Part shown: positions 10,399 through 19,889 of the stretch, piece by piece
How positions within the stretch are numbered: position 1 is the first letter of the stretch
Layout of the letters: each line of letters starts with the position of its first letter
Assembly: GCA_964612415.1 (NCBI GenBank)
Contig: CAZTCT010000001.1
Location: 137,949 to 201,948, forward strand
Length of the DNA: 64,000 nt
Direction: 5' to 3'
Source: an uncultured Candidatus Saccharibacteria bacterium
Lineage (GTDB): Bacteria > Patescibacteriota > Minisyncoccia > Phycocordibacterales > CAYRGE01
Translations under genes and position numbers: made by a program
The notes under the pieces: generated by a model
Databases searched by the model: none
What the model was told of the DNA's origin: nothing
What the model saw: only the letters and a program-made list of their open reading frames with translations

Positions 10399-10997
10399 TA
10401 TTTCTTAAATCCTTCAACTTCCTCAACTACAGCTTCACTGTTTATGTATTTATAGAAAAGGGCGATGACGACTAGCGCGATAAGCGCGAGGACAACTGCA
10501 TATGGGCCAAATACTTTTGCGCTTTTGCCGAAGTAATATCCAATTGCAAGAAATGGTGCAGTCCAAATAACCGAAGAAACAAAAATAATCATGGCGTAAA
10601 CTACGCGGTTCATCTTTGCGATTCCTGCCGGGATGGGGACGAATACTTTAATTGCAGGAAGAAGTTTGCCGACAAAAAGAAAGAAGCCACCTCTTTTTTG
10701 AAATGCGATCTGTACCTTGCTTATCTCGCGCGCGGGAAAGAGCGGCCATCGAGTGAGGTATTCAAGACCTTTGGCACGAGCAAATTCGTAGAGAAGTATA
10801 TTTCCTATTGTGTTGCCGAGTGCTCCCACAAGCACCACAAGCCAAAGTGTGAGATTGCCGGTGAATATGAAATACCCAGCAATAATATAGAGTACTTGGC
10901 TTGAGGGGACACTTACTGCTCCATTAGCGATCATGAGTAGAAATATCCCGGCGTATCCAGAAATCGTGATGATGTGTTCGAGTGTGCCTTCTCCCAT
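10395..10997 (-). CDS. DedA/TVP38 (SNARE-associated) family membrane protein
   Basis: DedA signature spacing (G-x-x-x-G ... F-R-x-LP-like, LLYEFARAKG...RWPLFPAR) and multiple TM helices. The start was chosen at the internal Met (MGEGTLEH). The longer ORF reaching 11252 would overlap the opposite-strand MBL gene. Confidence 0.6.
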   Translation of the reverse strand: MGEGTLEHIITISGYAGIFLLMIANGAVSVPSSQVLYIIAGYFIFTGNLTLWLVVLVGALGNTIGNILLYEFARAKGLEYLTRWPLFPAREISKVQIAFQKRGGFFLFVGKLLPAIKVFVPIPAGIAKMNRVVYAMIIFVSSVIWTAPFLAIGYYFGKSAKVFGPYAVVLALIALVVIALFYKYINSEAVVEEVEGFKKY

Positions 10998-11030
10998 ATT
11001 GATTGGATTGTAGCATGCTACGATAAGGCA

Positions 11031-11885
11031 ATGAATCGCAATCGGCGACTCTTGTGGGCGATTATCTTTTTGATCGGAGTGAATGTGTTTGTCTGGACGG
11101 CGCTTTATATACAAAGCACGCCAAATGAGCTTATCGTTGCTTTCTTGGATGTGGGGCAGGGTGATGCGATTTTTATCAAAGCTCCCAATGGGCATGAACT
11201 TCTTGTTGATGGAGGGCCTCCCGATGGATCGGCACTTAGAGCACTTGGACAAGTTATGCCGTTTTATGATCGCTCTATTGATGTTGTCTTAGCGACACAT
11301 CCAGATCAAGATCACATCGGAGGGCTGCCTGCTATTGTGGAGAGGTTTTCCGTTGGAGCTTTTATTGAATCGGGGAACAAAAAAGAATCTGCGGTAATGG
11401 ATGCTCTATTGTCCGGCGTTGAGAGAAAGGACATTGAACATATAATTGCTACAAGGGGAATGCGCGTCGCGTTTTCTCCCAGTATCTTTTTTGATGTCTT
11501 GTTTCCAGATCGGGATGTGAGTGATCTTGAGAGCAACGCGGCATCCATTGTTGGAGTCCTGACTTATGGCAGTACATCATTTCTTTTGACAGGAGATTCT
11601 CCATCTGCCATTGAACGGTATTTAGTTTCAATAGATGCAAAGAGTCTTGATGTTGATGTTCTTAAACTCGGACACCATGGCTCCCGCACCTCATCATCAC
11701 CAGAATTTCTTGCTGCTGCTTCGCCGGAATATGCGATTGTGTCCGCGGGCAAAGACAACCAATACGGACACCCTCATAAGGAGGTTATAGAGAATGTAGG
11801 AAATATAGGAGCAAAAATCCTCGCTACTATAGATGAGGGGGCGATTGTGTTTTTCTCTGATGGGGAAACCCTAAAGTACAAATAG
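11031..11885 (+). CDS. ComEC-type metallo-beta-lactamase-domain protein with N-terminal TM anchor (the detached C-terminal ComEC module)
   Basis: MBL motifs VLATHPDQDHIGGL and LKLGHHGS, as in the ComEC C-terminal nuclease domain. An N-terminal hydrophobic helix begins at MNRNRRLLWAIIFLIG. An alternative start is 10974. Confidence 0.65.
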   Translation: MNRNRRLLWAIIFLIGVNVFVWTALYIQSTPNELIVAFLDVGQGDAIFIKAPNGHELLVDGGPPDGSALRALGQVMPFYDRSIDVVLATHPDQDHIGGLPAIVERFSVGAFIESGNKKESAVMDALLSGVERKDIEHIIATRGMRVAFSPSIFFDVLFPDRDVSDLESNAASIVGVLTYGSTSFLLTGDSPSAIERYLVSIDAKSLDVDVLKLGHHGSRTSSSPEFLAAASPEYAIVSAGKDNQYGHPHKEVIENVGNIGAKILATIDEGAIVFFSDGETLKYK

Positions 11886-11895
11886 ACAATAAATA

Positions 11896-11925
11896 AACGG
11901 CTCAACCAATTGATTGAGCCGTTTT
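11896..11925. terminator. Palindromic terminator element, family copy 1 (aacggctcaaccaattgattgagccgtt)
   Basis: 10-bp stem with A/T-rich flanks, between convergent genes 11031-11885(+) and rpmB(-). Confidence 0.55.
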
Positions 11926-11930
11926 CCTCC

Positions 11931-12134
11931 TTATTTCACGCTTACGAGATGCTTGTTTGCCTTGAGGCAGCGGGTGCAGATTTTCTCGCGATGACCGTCG
12001 GAAAAAGTAGCCCACTGGAGGTTGGGTTGTCTTCGGACATTGCCGGTCGGGTTGAACTTGGTCGCACGGACACGGTTTGAGTAGCGTCCTCCGACTTGGG
12101 TTCCCTTATTACAAATGGGGCATGCTTTTGCCAT
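11931..12134 (-). CDS. rpmB: 50S ribosomal protein L28 (Zn-ribbon type)
   Basis: MAKACPICNKGTQVGGRYSNRVRATKFNPTGNVRRQPNLQ...CTRCLK matches bL28 with two CxxC pairs. The start was set at the internal Met of the longer track ORF. Confidence 0.75.
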   Translation of the reverse strand: MAKACPICNKGTQVGGRYSNRVRATKFNPTGNVRRQPNLQWATFSDGHREKICTRCLKANKHLVSVK

Positions 12135-12186
12135 ATATTTATCGTGTTCGGCTATGTTATCATAAACCCTATATTTCGCAAGACGT

Positions 12187-12810
12187 ATGGATGCTGACAT
12201 CATAAGCGCAATTTTCTTCATAGCGATACTCATTATGTCTGTGGTGATACACGAAGTTTCCCATGGCTACGTTGCCAATATCTTCGGCGACCCTACTGCG
12301 CGCTTGGCGGGGAGACTTACCCTCAATCCTGTTCCTCACATAGATCCACTGGGTTCGTTTATCATCCCTGCGATCCTCTTCTTCTCTACGCACGGGTCTT
12401 TCGTCTTCGGATGGGCGAAGCCAGTGCCGGTAAATCCATACAATATTAAGAAAGGGAGATTGGGCATGGGACTTGTCAGTGCCGCAGGAGTGCTCTCCAA
12501 TCTTCTTGTCGCCATCATCTTTGGGCTCATTGTGAGATTCTCGGAAGCATTGGCACTATCCTCCTCCTTTGTAGAGATTGCGCTCAATATTATGGTCATC
12601 AACCTCGTACTCGCTATCTTCAATCTCATCCCCGTTCCTCCCCTCGATGGGTCCAAGGTCCTCTTTAGCCTCCTTCCTGTGCGCCTTCATTATATAGAGG
12701 AGGCCTTGGAGCGGTACTGGATGTTCCTTATTATAGGGGTACTTTTGCTCGCTCCCTCTATTATTCTTCCTATTTTGCAGTTCATGGTCAGGCTCTTGGT
12801 AGGGGTATAG
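12187..12810 (+). CDS. Site-2 protease family (M50) intramembrane zinc metalloprotease
   Basis: HEVSHG (HExxH) inside a TM helix plus the LNPVPHIDPLGS motif. About 6 TM helices. Divergent from rpmB. Confidence 0.65.
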   Translation: MDADIISAIFFIAILIMSVVIHEVSHGYVANIFGDPTARLAGRLTLNPVPHIDPLGSFIIPAILFFSTHGSFVFGWAKPVPVNPYNIKKGRLGMGLVSAAGVLSNLLVAIIFGLIVRFSEALALSSSFVEIALNIMVINLVLAIFNLIPVPPLDGSKVLFSLLPVRLHYIEEALERYWMFLIIGVLLLAPSIILPILQFMVRLLVGV

Positions 12811-12896
12811 GCAAAGGGGCGGACAGGGCCCTTGCATTTTGTTCTCGGAAATAGTAAGGTATCCATACGCGCCTTGGGCGCTTGTTTTAATAACTT

Positions 12897-13322
12897 ATGG
12901 CGACAATCAACCAACTCTCACGCAAAAGCCGACGAAAGCCAGTCAAGAAGACAAAGACGGCAGCTTTGTCGCGCGGTTTTAATACACTCAAGAACAGACC
13001 GGTGTACTTCTCATCACCGTTCAAGCGTGGGGTATGTACGAAAGTTACGACCACAACGCCCAAGAAACCTAACTCAGCTCTCCGAAAGATCGCCCGTGTC
13101 CGCCTTACCAATGGAACAGAGGTCACCGCTTATATTCCTGGCATGGGACACAATCTCCAAGAACACTCAGTAGTTGTCCTCCGTGGAGGAAAGGTGAAAG
13201 ACCTTCCTGGTGTTCGCTATCAGGTAGTACGCGGTGTGCTTGATGCATCTGGTGTTGATAAGCGAATGAAAGGACGCAGTCGTTATGGTGCTAAACGCCC
13301 TAAAGCCGGTGCTAAGAAATAA
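12897..13322 (+). CDS. rpsL: 30S ribosomal protein S12
   Basis: [10 protein letters not shown]...[10 protein letters not shown]...[30 protein letters not shown] matches uS12. Confidence 0.95.
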   Translation: MATINQLSRKSRRKPVKKTKTAALSRGFNTLKNRPVYFSSPFKRGVCTKVTTTTPKKPNSALRKIARVRLTNGTEVTAYIPGMGHNLQEHSVVVLRGGKVKDLPGVRYQVVRGVLDASGVDKRMKGRSRYGAKRPKAGAKK

Positions 13323-13327
13323 TTTTT

Positions 13328-13795
13328 ATGCGACGACCTCTTAAAAAGAAACTCCCTATTACTCCAGATCGTGTTTACGATTCTATTGTGTTGAGCAAGT
13401 TCATCAACTGCCTCATGTGGGATGGAAAGAAAGAAGCTGCCCGCAAAGTGGTATACGACGCTCTCAATATCATCAAAGAAAAGGAGGGGAAGGATCCTTT
13501 GGAAGTATTTGAAAGTGCTATCCGCAACGTTGGTCCTCAGACAGAGGTCCGCTCACGCCGCGTAGGTGGTGCTAACTACCAGGTGCCTCGTGAGGTTCGT
13601 CCAGAACGACGACTTGCGCTTGCAATACGCTGGATCATTGAAGCGGGACGCAGCAAGAAGGGTGTCCCTATGGCAAAGAAGCTTGCAGACGAACTTCTCG
13701 CAGCATCTGCAGGAGAAGGAGAAGCAATCAAGAAGCGTGAGAACGTACACAAGATGGCAGAAGCCAACAAGGCGTTCGCACACTTTGCGTGGTAG
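13328..13795 (+). CDS. rpsG: 30S ribosomal protein S7
   Basis: uS7 signature (LINCLMWDGKK..., NYQVP). 155 aa. Directly downstream of rpsL. Confidence 0.95.
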   Translation: MRRPLKKKLPITPDRVYDSIVLSKFINCLMWDGKKEAARKVVYDALNIIKEKEGKDPLEVFESAIRNVGPQTEVRSRRVGGANYQVPREVRPERRLALAIRWIIEAGRSKKGVPMAKKLADELLAASAGEGEAIKKRENVHKMAEANKAFAHFAW

Positions 13796-13887
13796 TGCCT
13801 TGCGAGAGGGAATTGCTTTGGGGTATAGTGGAGGCAACAAAGCCCGTGCGGCTTATTTTTATTTCTATAAATTATATTTAGTACGTT

Positions 13888-16041
13888 ATGGAACGAGATT
13901 ATCCATTGGAGCGAGTACGAAACTTCGGAATCATTGCGCACATTGATGCGGGCAAGACCACGACATCAGAGCGCATCCTTTTCTATACAGGAATGAGCCA
14001 CAAGATCGGTGAAGTACACGAAGGCGAGACAGTCACCGACTGGATGGAACAAGAGCGAGAGCGCGGCATCACCATCACCGCGGCTGCTATTACTTGTTTT
14101 TGGACAAAGACGGGAGACGATGCGACAAACAAAGACAATAAGTATCGTTTCAATATCATCGATACTCCAGGACACATCGACTTCACCGTAGAAGTGAAGC
14201 GATCTCTTCGCGTACTTGATGGCGCGGTTGTGGTATTTGACGGAGTCGCAGGAGTAGAGCCACAGTCAGAGACAAACTGGCGCTACGCAGAAGAAGCACA
14301 AGTGCCACGCATCTGTTTCATCAATAAGCTTGATCGTACAGGCGCATCCTTTGAGCGCTCATATGCAAGTATTTTAAATCGCTTGAGCAAAAAGGCGGTC
14401 CGCGTGCAAATCCCAATCGGCCTTGAAGATCAATTTGAAGGAGTGATTGATCTTCTTAAGATGAAGGCGTATCACTTTGAAGGTGAGATGGGTAATAAGG
14501 TTATTGAAGGAGAAATCCCAGAGAATCTGAAAGCTGACGCAGAGAAGTACCGCCATGAACTCGTAGAACGCATTGCCGAGCAAGACGATGCTCTGATGAA
14601 TGACTATCTTGAAGGGAAGGAAATTCCAATCGAAGATCTTACTCGCGTTCTTCGAAAGGCGGTCGTGACCAATCAGATCTTCCCAGTGTTTGCTGGCTCA
14701 GCACTCAAGAACAAAGGTGTTCAGCTTGTGCTCGATGCCGTCGTTGACTACTTGCCATCACCAACAGATGTTCCTCCAATGAAAGGTATTGATCCTGAAA
14801 CAGGAGAGGAGATAGAGCGCCACGCCTCAGATGACGAGCCATTCTCTGCGCTTGCTTTCAAACTTCAAGCTGACCCGTTCGTGGGACAGCTTACCTTCTT
14901 CCGTGTGTACTCAGGTACCGTAGAGGCGGGTTCATATATTTATAATTCAACAACTGGTGAGAAAGAGCGCTTGGGACGTATCGTGCGATTGCAGGCTGAC
15001 CAGCGAGAAGAAGTAAAGAAAGTTTTCGCAGGAGAGATCGCTGCCGGGGTAGGTCTCAAAGGTGCGAAGACCTCACACACACTTTGTTCTGAGGACAAGC
15101 CAATCATTCTTGAGCAGATCGTCTTCCCAGAGCCGGTTGTTTCTTTGCGTATTGAGCCAAAGACAAAAGCAGACCAAGAGAAAATGGGCCTTGCACTCTC
15201 AAAGCTTGCTGATGAAGACCCAACATTCCGCGTATCTACCGATCCCGAGACTCTTGAGACAGTTATCTGGGGAATGGGTGAGCTTCACCTCGATATCATC
15301 GTTGATCGCATGAAGCGCGAGTTCAAAGTGGAGGCGAATGTCGGTGCTCCACAGGTAGCGTACCGCGAAACAATCACGAAGCCTGCAGAGACGGAGGTGA
15401 AATACATCAAGCAGACTGGTGGTCGTGGACAATACGGTCACGTCAAAATCAAGGTCAAGCCTCTTGAGCCGATTGAGGAGGGTGCGAAGATCGCCAAGAA
15501 CACTAAGCGCGAAGACCACTTTGAGTTCATCAACAACATTAAGGGAGGTGTTATTCCGCAAGAATTCATTCCTGCGGTTGAAAAAGGTTTGCGCGAAGGT
15601 ATGGACCGAGGAGTTTTGGCAGGGTACTCACTTGTTGATGTATCAGTAGATCTCTTTGATGGTTCGTACCACGAAGTAGACTCATCAGAAGTCGCCTTCA
15701 AGGTTGCAGCATCTCAAGCTATTCAAGAAGCTGCACGAAAGGCGGGCCCTGTTATCCTTGAGCCGGTTATGAAGGTTGAGGTTACTACACCGGACAAATT
15801 CATGGGTGATGTCACAGGACATCTCTCATCAAAGCGTGGACAGATCATTGGTATGGAAGACCGAGACATGTATCGTGTCGTTCGTGCCTTCGTTCCGCTC
15901 TCAGAAATGTTTGGCTACATCACTACCCTTCGCTCAATGACAGAAGGACGAGCGAACTTCTCAATGGAGTTTGATCGCTACGAGATCGTTCCGAACAACG
16001 TTGCCGAGGGCGTCATTGCAGCTCGAGCAGGGAAGAAATAG
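13888..16041 (+). CDS. fusA: Elongation factor G
   Basis: N-terminal GTPase [21 protein letters not shown], full EF-G length (717 aa), in str-operon context. Confidence 0.95.
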   Translation: MERDYPLERVRNFGIIAHIDAGKTTTSERILFYTGMSHKIGEVHEGETVTDWMEQERERGITITAAAITCFWTKTGDDATNKDNKYRFNIIDTPGHIDFTVEVKRSLRVLDGAVVVFDGVAGVEPQSETNWRYAEEAQVPRICFINKLDRTGASFERSYASILNRLSKKAVRVQIPIGLEDQFEGVIDLLKMKAYHFEGEMGNKVIEGEIPENLKADAEKYRHELVERIAEQDDALMNDYLEGKEIPIEDLTRVLRKAVVTNQIFPVFAGSALKNKGVQLVLDAVVDYLPSPTDVPPMKGIDPETGEEIERHASDDEPFSALAFKLQADPFVGQLTFFRVYSGTVEAGSYIYNSTTGEKERLGRIVRLQADQREEVKKVFAGEIAAGVGLKGAKTSHTLCSEDKPIILEQIVFPEPVVSLRIEPKTKADQEKMGLALSKLADEDPTFRVSTDPETLETVIWGMGELHLDIIVDRMKREFKVEANVGAPQVAYRETITKPAETEVKYIKQTGGRGQYGHVKIKVKPLEPIEEGAKIAKNTKREDHFEFINNIKGGVIPQEFIPAVEKGLREGMDRGVLAGYSLVDVSVDLFDGSYHEVDSSEVAFKVAASQAIQEAARKAGPVILEPVMKVEVTTPDKFMGDVTGHLSSKRGQIIGMEDRDMYRVVRAFVPLSEMFGYITTLRSMTEGRANFSMEFDRYEIVPNNVAEGVIAARAGKK

Positions 16042-16066
16042 AGATTTTATTGCTAAAAAAGGGAGA

Positions 16067-16102
16067 AAAAACGGCTCAACCGATCGGTTGAGCCGTTTTT
16101 TG
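16067..16102. terminator. Palindromic terminator element, family copy 2 (aaaaaacggctcaaccgatcggttgagccgtttttt)
   Basis: Perfect 14-bp palindrome with an A-run upstream and a T-run downstream, immediately after fusA. Confidence 0.65.
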
Positions 16103-16178
16103 GTAGTATCGCGAACCTTTTAGATTGGCGGGATTGTGGTATTTTTAAGAAGGAATACACAACAGAGGAGCTTAAGAT

Positions 16179-16700
16179 ATGACAGAAAATCAGAGTGCTG
16201 GTGAAGCTGGTGCAATGGCTGGCGCAAATCTCTTGTCGGTACTAACGACGGGGGTTCCGATTGATCCACAGAGTCTGATTGTTCCAGAAGGACTTTCTGC
16301 CAGAGAACAGGAGTTGCTGGGGATATTAATGCCCAGACTCTATCAACCTTACATTCAGGTTGAATATAACAAGGTTGCCGACAAATATCGGTTTACTTTT
16401 TCTGACGAGCCAATAAAAACGGTCGAAGAACAGACTCCGTGCGTGGAGACTCTTCACGACGAAACCGGGAAAATGGTGGCGTTTGAAGTCCGGGGTATTG
16501 GCTCGACTTGCCGCACGGAGTTGCCGAATCTTGTTTTACGGCCCCGAAACATACGTCTGTCTGACGCACTCGCTCTTATGGAAAGGATCCATGGCCCATA
16601 TTTCTTCGAGAACGGAGGCCGCACAGGGGCTGAGGGGAATCGAGCGTGGCTTTTCACACAAGCCGAACAGTACGACATTCATATTGACCTCGACTGGTAA
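16179..16700 (+). CDS. Hypothetical protein (173 aa) inserted between fusA and tuf
   Basis: Clean ORF with an upstream SD-like agaggag. No recognisable motifs. Bracketed by a terminator upstream and a promoter-like TTGACT-N16-TATGAT downstream, at about 16744-16775. Confidence 0.45.
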   Translation: MTENQSAGEAGAMAGANLLSVLTTGVPIDPQSLIVPEGLSAREQELLGILMPRLYQPYIQVEYNKVADKYRFTFSDEPIKTVEEQTPCVETLHDETGKMVAFEVRGIGSTCRTELPNLVLRPRNIRLSDALALMERIHGPYFFENGGRTGAEGNRAWLFTQAEQYDIHIDLDW

Positions 16701-16936
16701 ACATCGCACTCCTTTCGCTCACCCTCGCAGGTGGGCTTTTTTCTTGACTAATATTCGTGTTTTGTTATGATGACCGGTACCGCAGTGCATGCGCCTTTTT
16801 GTTTTGTGGCGGATTATTTCGCCACACTTTGCGCAGTCTAGCGGGGAGAATCAAGGAAGTGAGCGCTCAAGGAGTGTTCTCGCGCATTGAGCGGTCAATT
16901 CCTATAATTATTTGGAATTAATAACAATTATTTACT

Positions 16937-18127
16937 ATGGCAGATTTTGAACGAAATAAGCCGCACCTCAATGTTGGTACAATCGGCCACGTTGACCACG
17001 GCAAGACGACTCTTACCGCTGCTATCCTCCACTCTCTTGAGTTGGCAGGACAGAAGGTTAAGAAGAAGTCAGTTGATCAGATTGACTCAGCTCCTGAAGA
17101 AAAAGCTCGTGGAATCACGATCGCTCTTTCTCACAACGAGTACGAGACAGAGAAGCGCCACTACGCACACGTAGACGCTCCAGGTCACGCAGACTACATC
17201 AAGAACATGATCACTGGTGCCGCTCAGATGGACGGCGCTATCCTCGTAGTTGCAGCGACCGACGGTGTAATGCCACAGACTCGTGAGCACATTCTCCTTG
17301 CACGCCAAGTTGGTGTCCCAAAGATCATCGTCTTCTTAAACAAAGTAGACATGGTTGATGACAAGGATCTTGTTGACCTCGTTGAAGAGGAAGTTCGCGA
17401 ATTGCTTACCAAGAACGAGTACGACGGAGCAAACGCTCCTGTTATCCGCGGTTCAGGTCTCAAGGCTCTTGAGGCATCATCCAAGGATGACGAGTGGGTA
17501 AAGAAGGTTCTCGAGCTTGCAGCAGCACTTGATGAGTACATCCCGCTCCCAGAGCGAGACACCACCAAGCCGTTCCTTATGCCTATCGAAGACATCTTCT
17601 CAATCGAAGGACGCGGTACAGTTGTTACCGGCCGTATTGAGCGAGGTACTGTAAAGATCGGTGAAGAAATCGAAATCGTTGGTATCAAGGACGCCGCAAA
17701 GACTACTGTTACCGGTATTGAAATGTTCAACAAGCAGCTCCAAGAAGGTGTTGCTGGAGACAACGCAGGAATTCTCCTCCGAGGTCTCAAGAAGGACGAC
17801 ATTACCCGTGGACAGGTTCTTGCAAAGCCAGGTAGCGTTACCCCTCACACCGAATTTGAGGCAGAAGTATACGTACTCTCAAAGGAGGAAGGAGGACGCC
17901 ACACACCATTCTTCTCTGGCTACAAGCCACAATTCTTCGTCCGCACCGCAGACGTAACCGGTGAGGTTACTCTCGCAGACGGCGTAGAAATGGTTATGCC
18001 TGGAGACACTGCGAAGTTCAAGGTTAAGCTCCTTGCTCCAGTTGCTCTCGAAGACCAGCAGCGCTTTGCTATCCGCGAAGGTGGCAAGACTGTAGGTGCA
18101 GGTGTGGTAACAAAGATCGTCGCCTAA
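16937..18127 (+). CDS. tuf: Elongation factor Tu
   Basis: [44 protein letters not shown]; 396 aa. Confidence 0.97.
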   Translation: MADFERNKPHLNVGTIGHVDHGKTTLTAAILHSLELAGQKVKKKSVDQIDSAPEEKARGITIALSHNEYETEKRHYAHVDAPGHADYIKNMITGAAQMDGAILVVAATDGVMPQTREHILLARQVGVPKIIVFLNKVDMVDDKDLVDLVEEEVRELLTKNEYDGANAPVIRGSGLKALEASSKDDEWVKKVLELAAALDEYIPLPERDTTKPFLMPIEDIFSIEGRGTVVTGRIERGTVKIGEEIEIVGIKDAAKTTVTGIEMFNKQLQEGVAGDNAGILLRGLKKDDITRGQVLAKPGSVTPHTEFEAEVYVLSKEEGGRHTPFFSGYKPQFFVRTADVTGEVTLADGVEMVMPGDTAKFKVKLLAPVALEDQQRFAIREGGKTVGAGVVTKIVA

Positions 18128-18149
18128 CTCACAACTATCTAGAAGCTCT

Positions 18150-18506
18150 ATGACAGCAAAAGAAGCGACAAAGAAGGCAGCAACGAAAGACAAGGATATC
18201 ATCCCGAAGCTTCGCATTCGCGTACGCGCATACGAGAGCAAGGTGCTTGATATGTCTGTCAAACAGATCATTGATACCGCACTTCGCTACGAAGCAGGTA
18301 TTGAAGGTCCTGTGCCGCTTCCTACAGAGATCAAGAAGTACACCGTCAACCGCTCAACATTCGTTCACAAGAACGCGCGAGAACAGTTCGAAATGCGAGT
18401 GCACAAGCGCTTGATTGATATCTTGAATCCAAATGCGAAAGTCGTAGAGGCACTTACCAACATGAGCCTCCCATCCGGAGTGAGCATTGAGGTAAAGATG
18501 CTCTAG
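18150..18506 (+). CDS. rpsJ: 30S ribosomal protein S10
   Basis: LRIRVRAYESKVLD...TEIKKYTVNRSTFVHKNAREQFEMRVHKRLIDI matches uS10. The short basic N-terminal extension is unusual. Confidence 0.9.
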   Translation: MTAKEATKKAATKDKDIIPKLRIRVRAYESKVLDMSVKQIIDTALRYEAGIEGPVPLPTEIKKYTVNRSTFVHKNAREQFEMRVHKRLIDILNPNAKVVEALTNMSLPSGVSIEVKML

Positions 18507-18527
18507 TCTCTAAAGACTTTGAGTCAA

Positions 18528-18560
18528 CACAAAACCCGCCGAAAGGCGGGTTTTGTTTTA
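18528..18560 (+). terminator. Rho-independent terminator after rpsJ (aaaacccgccgaaaggcgggttttgtttta)
   Basis: GC-rich 7-bp stem with a GAAA loop followed by a U-tract. It severs rpsJ from rplC. Confidence 0.6.
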
Positions 18561-18570
18561 TAATTAAATT

Positions 18571-19074
18571 ATGCGAAAGCGCGCAAAACAATTAATTCTC
18601 AGGAGAATCGTCGCAAGAATTTATGCGGGGACTACTTTTATTACGAATGTTTATTTAGACCATCATTCACATCCTGATACTGCGTGGATTAGGAATATAT
18701 ACATTCTCTTATCTTTTTATACGGAGCTACTTCTTAAAGCAATCTATATTTACGAGAAAGAATATTCAAAGCGCCAGGATTTGGAAAAGGTACTCATTAC
18801 GCAGGGACATAATCTTGAAAGAATCGGGAAGGAATTAGGACCTGATATATTAAAAAAATACAATATTTACAATATAAAAAAATTTAGAAGACATCAATAT
18901 AAAGTAGTTACAGACGTTGGGACTTTCTATGTTAAGGATTTTGTTGATATTCGATATGATTTTTTAACTCCTCGAGTTCGCAAATTAAAAGGCAATGAGC
19001 ATGAAATGTTTCGAATCCAGATAGCTTTTATTAATCGTATTGTGGCCTTCTTGAATGGCCCAGCTTGGTCCTAA
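18571..19074 (+). CDS. Hypothetical protein (167 aa) in a strongly AT-rich island between rpsJ and rplC; possible horizontally acquired gene
   Basis: Local composition is far more AT-rich than the flanking ribosomal genes and rich in Ile/Tyr/Lys/Asn codons. No recognisable catalytic motif. Confidence 0.45.
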   Translation: MRKRAKQLILRRIVARIYAGTTFITNVYLDHHSHPDTAWIRNIYILLSFYTELLLKAIYIYEKEYSKRQDLEKVLITQGHNLERIGKELGPDILKKYNIYNIKKFRRHQYKVVTDVGTFYVKDFVDIRYDFLTPRVRKLKGNEHEMFRIQIAFINRIVAFLNGPAWS

Positions 19075-19084
19075 GTAAAGCCAC

Positions 19085-19112
19085 TTGCATAATTTCTAGA
19101 CTTCTGTATACT
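19085..19112 (+). promoter_or_regulatory. Sigma70-like promoter TTGCAT-N16-TATACT driving rplC onwards
   Basis: -35 at 19085-19090 and -10 at 19107-19112, about 160 nt upstream of the rplC start. A hairpin at 19127-19146 follows in the leader. Confidence 0.4.
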
Positions 19113-19272
19113 CCTCCCATACAAGAAGTACCTACCCTGGTAGGTACGCCAAGTCCCAGATAGCGGCAGCTTATAGAGGGGACCAATGGCATCTCGCGAA
19201 ATGCGGCATGCTATTGCCGTATTTTTTGTTTCAACAGCTCAACGGGATGCCTCGTTGAGCCGTTCAAAACCC

Positions 19273-19884
19273 ATGAAATTCATTCTTGGACGAAAGCAGA
19301 ATATGACCCAATTCTTCAAGGAGGACGGCACCTGTGTGCCTGCCACTGTGCTTTCGGTCGGCCCTATGGTCGTCACCCAGATCAAGACTCCGGAGAAGGA
19401 TGGCTATGTAGCCGTACAGGTAGGGTATGAGACCCAGAAGGAGTCTCGCCTCACAAAGGCAGAGAAGGGACACACCAAGGACCTCGGTGGTTTCACCACA
19501 CTCAAGGAGTTTGCTCCAGGAGAAACCACTTTTGCTATCGGAGACAAGATTGACGCAAGTGTCTTCGCAGAAGGAGACAAAGTGGTCGTAAGCGGTATCT
19601 CAAAAGGAAAAGGTTTCCAGGGTGTAGTGAAGCGCCATGGATTCTCAGGTGGTCCACGTACCCACGGTCAGAAGCACTCTGAGCGTGAGCCGGGCTCTAT
19701 CGGAGGAGGTGGACGCGCAGGTGGTCGTGTTGCAAAGGGTATGCGCATGGCAGGACGCATGGGAGGTGACCGCATTACAGTGAAAGGACTTCGCGTGCTT
19801 GCGGTAGACAAGGATCAAAACCAGATCCTTGTTTCAGGCGCAGTCCCAGGTCGAAGAGGAACACTTATTGAGATCTACGGATAA
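19273..19884 (+). CDS. rplC: 50S ribosomal protein L3
   Basis: Start chosen at MKFILGRKQNMTQFF, which matches the uL3 N-terminus. The longer track ORF from 19186 is less likely. Confidence 0.9.
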   Translation: MKFILGRKQNMTQFFKEDGTCVPATVLSVGPMVVTQIKTPEKDGYVAVQVGYETQKESRLTKAEKGHTKDLGGFTTLKEFAPGETTFAIGDKIDASVFAEGDKVVVSGISKGKGFQGVVKRHGFSGGPRTHGQKHSEREPGSIGGGGRAGGRVAKGMRMAGRMGGDRITVKGLRVLAVDKDQNQILVSGAVPGRRGTLIEIYG

Positions 19885-19889
19885 ATACC

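Noticed and set aside
10974-11252. Overlap of the 285-aa DedA track ORF with the MBL-domain ORF
   Set aside because: The two cannot both use their longest forms. Conserved DedA sequence begins at the internal Met (10997) and the MBL protein plausibly at 11031. The long forms are treated as ORF-track extensions.
13553-13946. Overlapping ORFs on both strands (13553-13840 minus, 13566-13946 plus, 13576-13941 minus) across the rpsG-fusA junction
   Set aside because: They overlap the conserved rpsG coding frame and the short rpsG-fusA spacer. Translations are low-complexity (R/S/A-rich) with no motif.
17224-17802. 192-aa minus-strand ORF (plus 17087-17308 and 17600-17848) antisense inside tuf
   Set aside because: It lies entirely within the highly conserved EF-Tu coding sequence. 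The Ser/Arg/Pro-rich translation is the typical shadow-ORF signature of a GC-skewed highly expressed gene. No start context.
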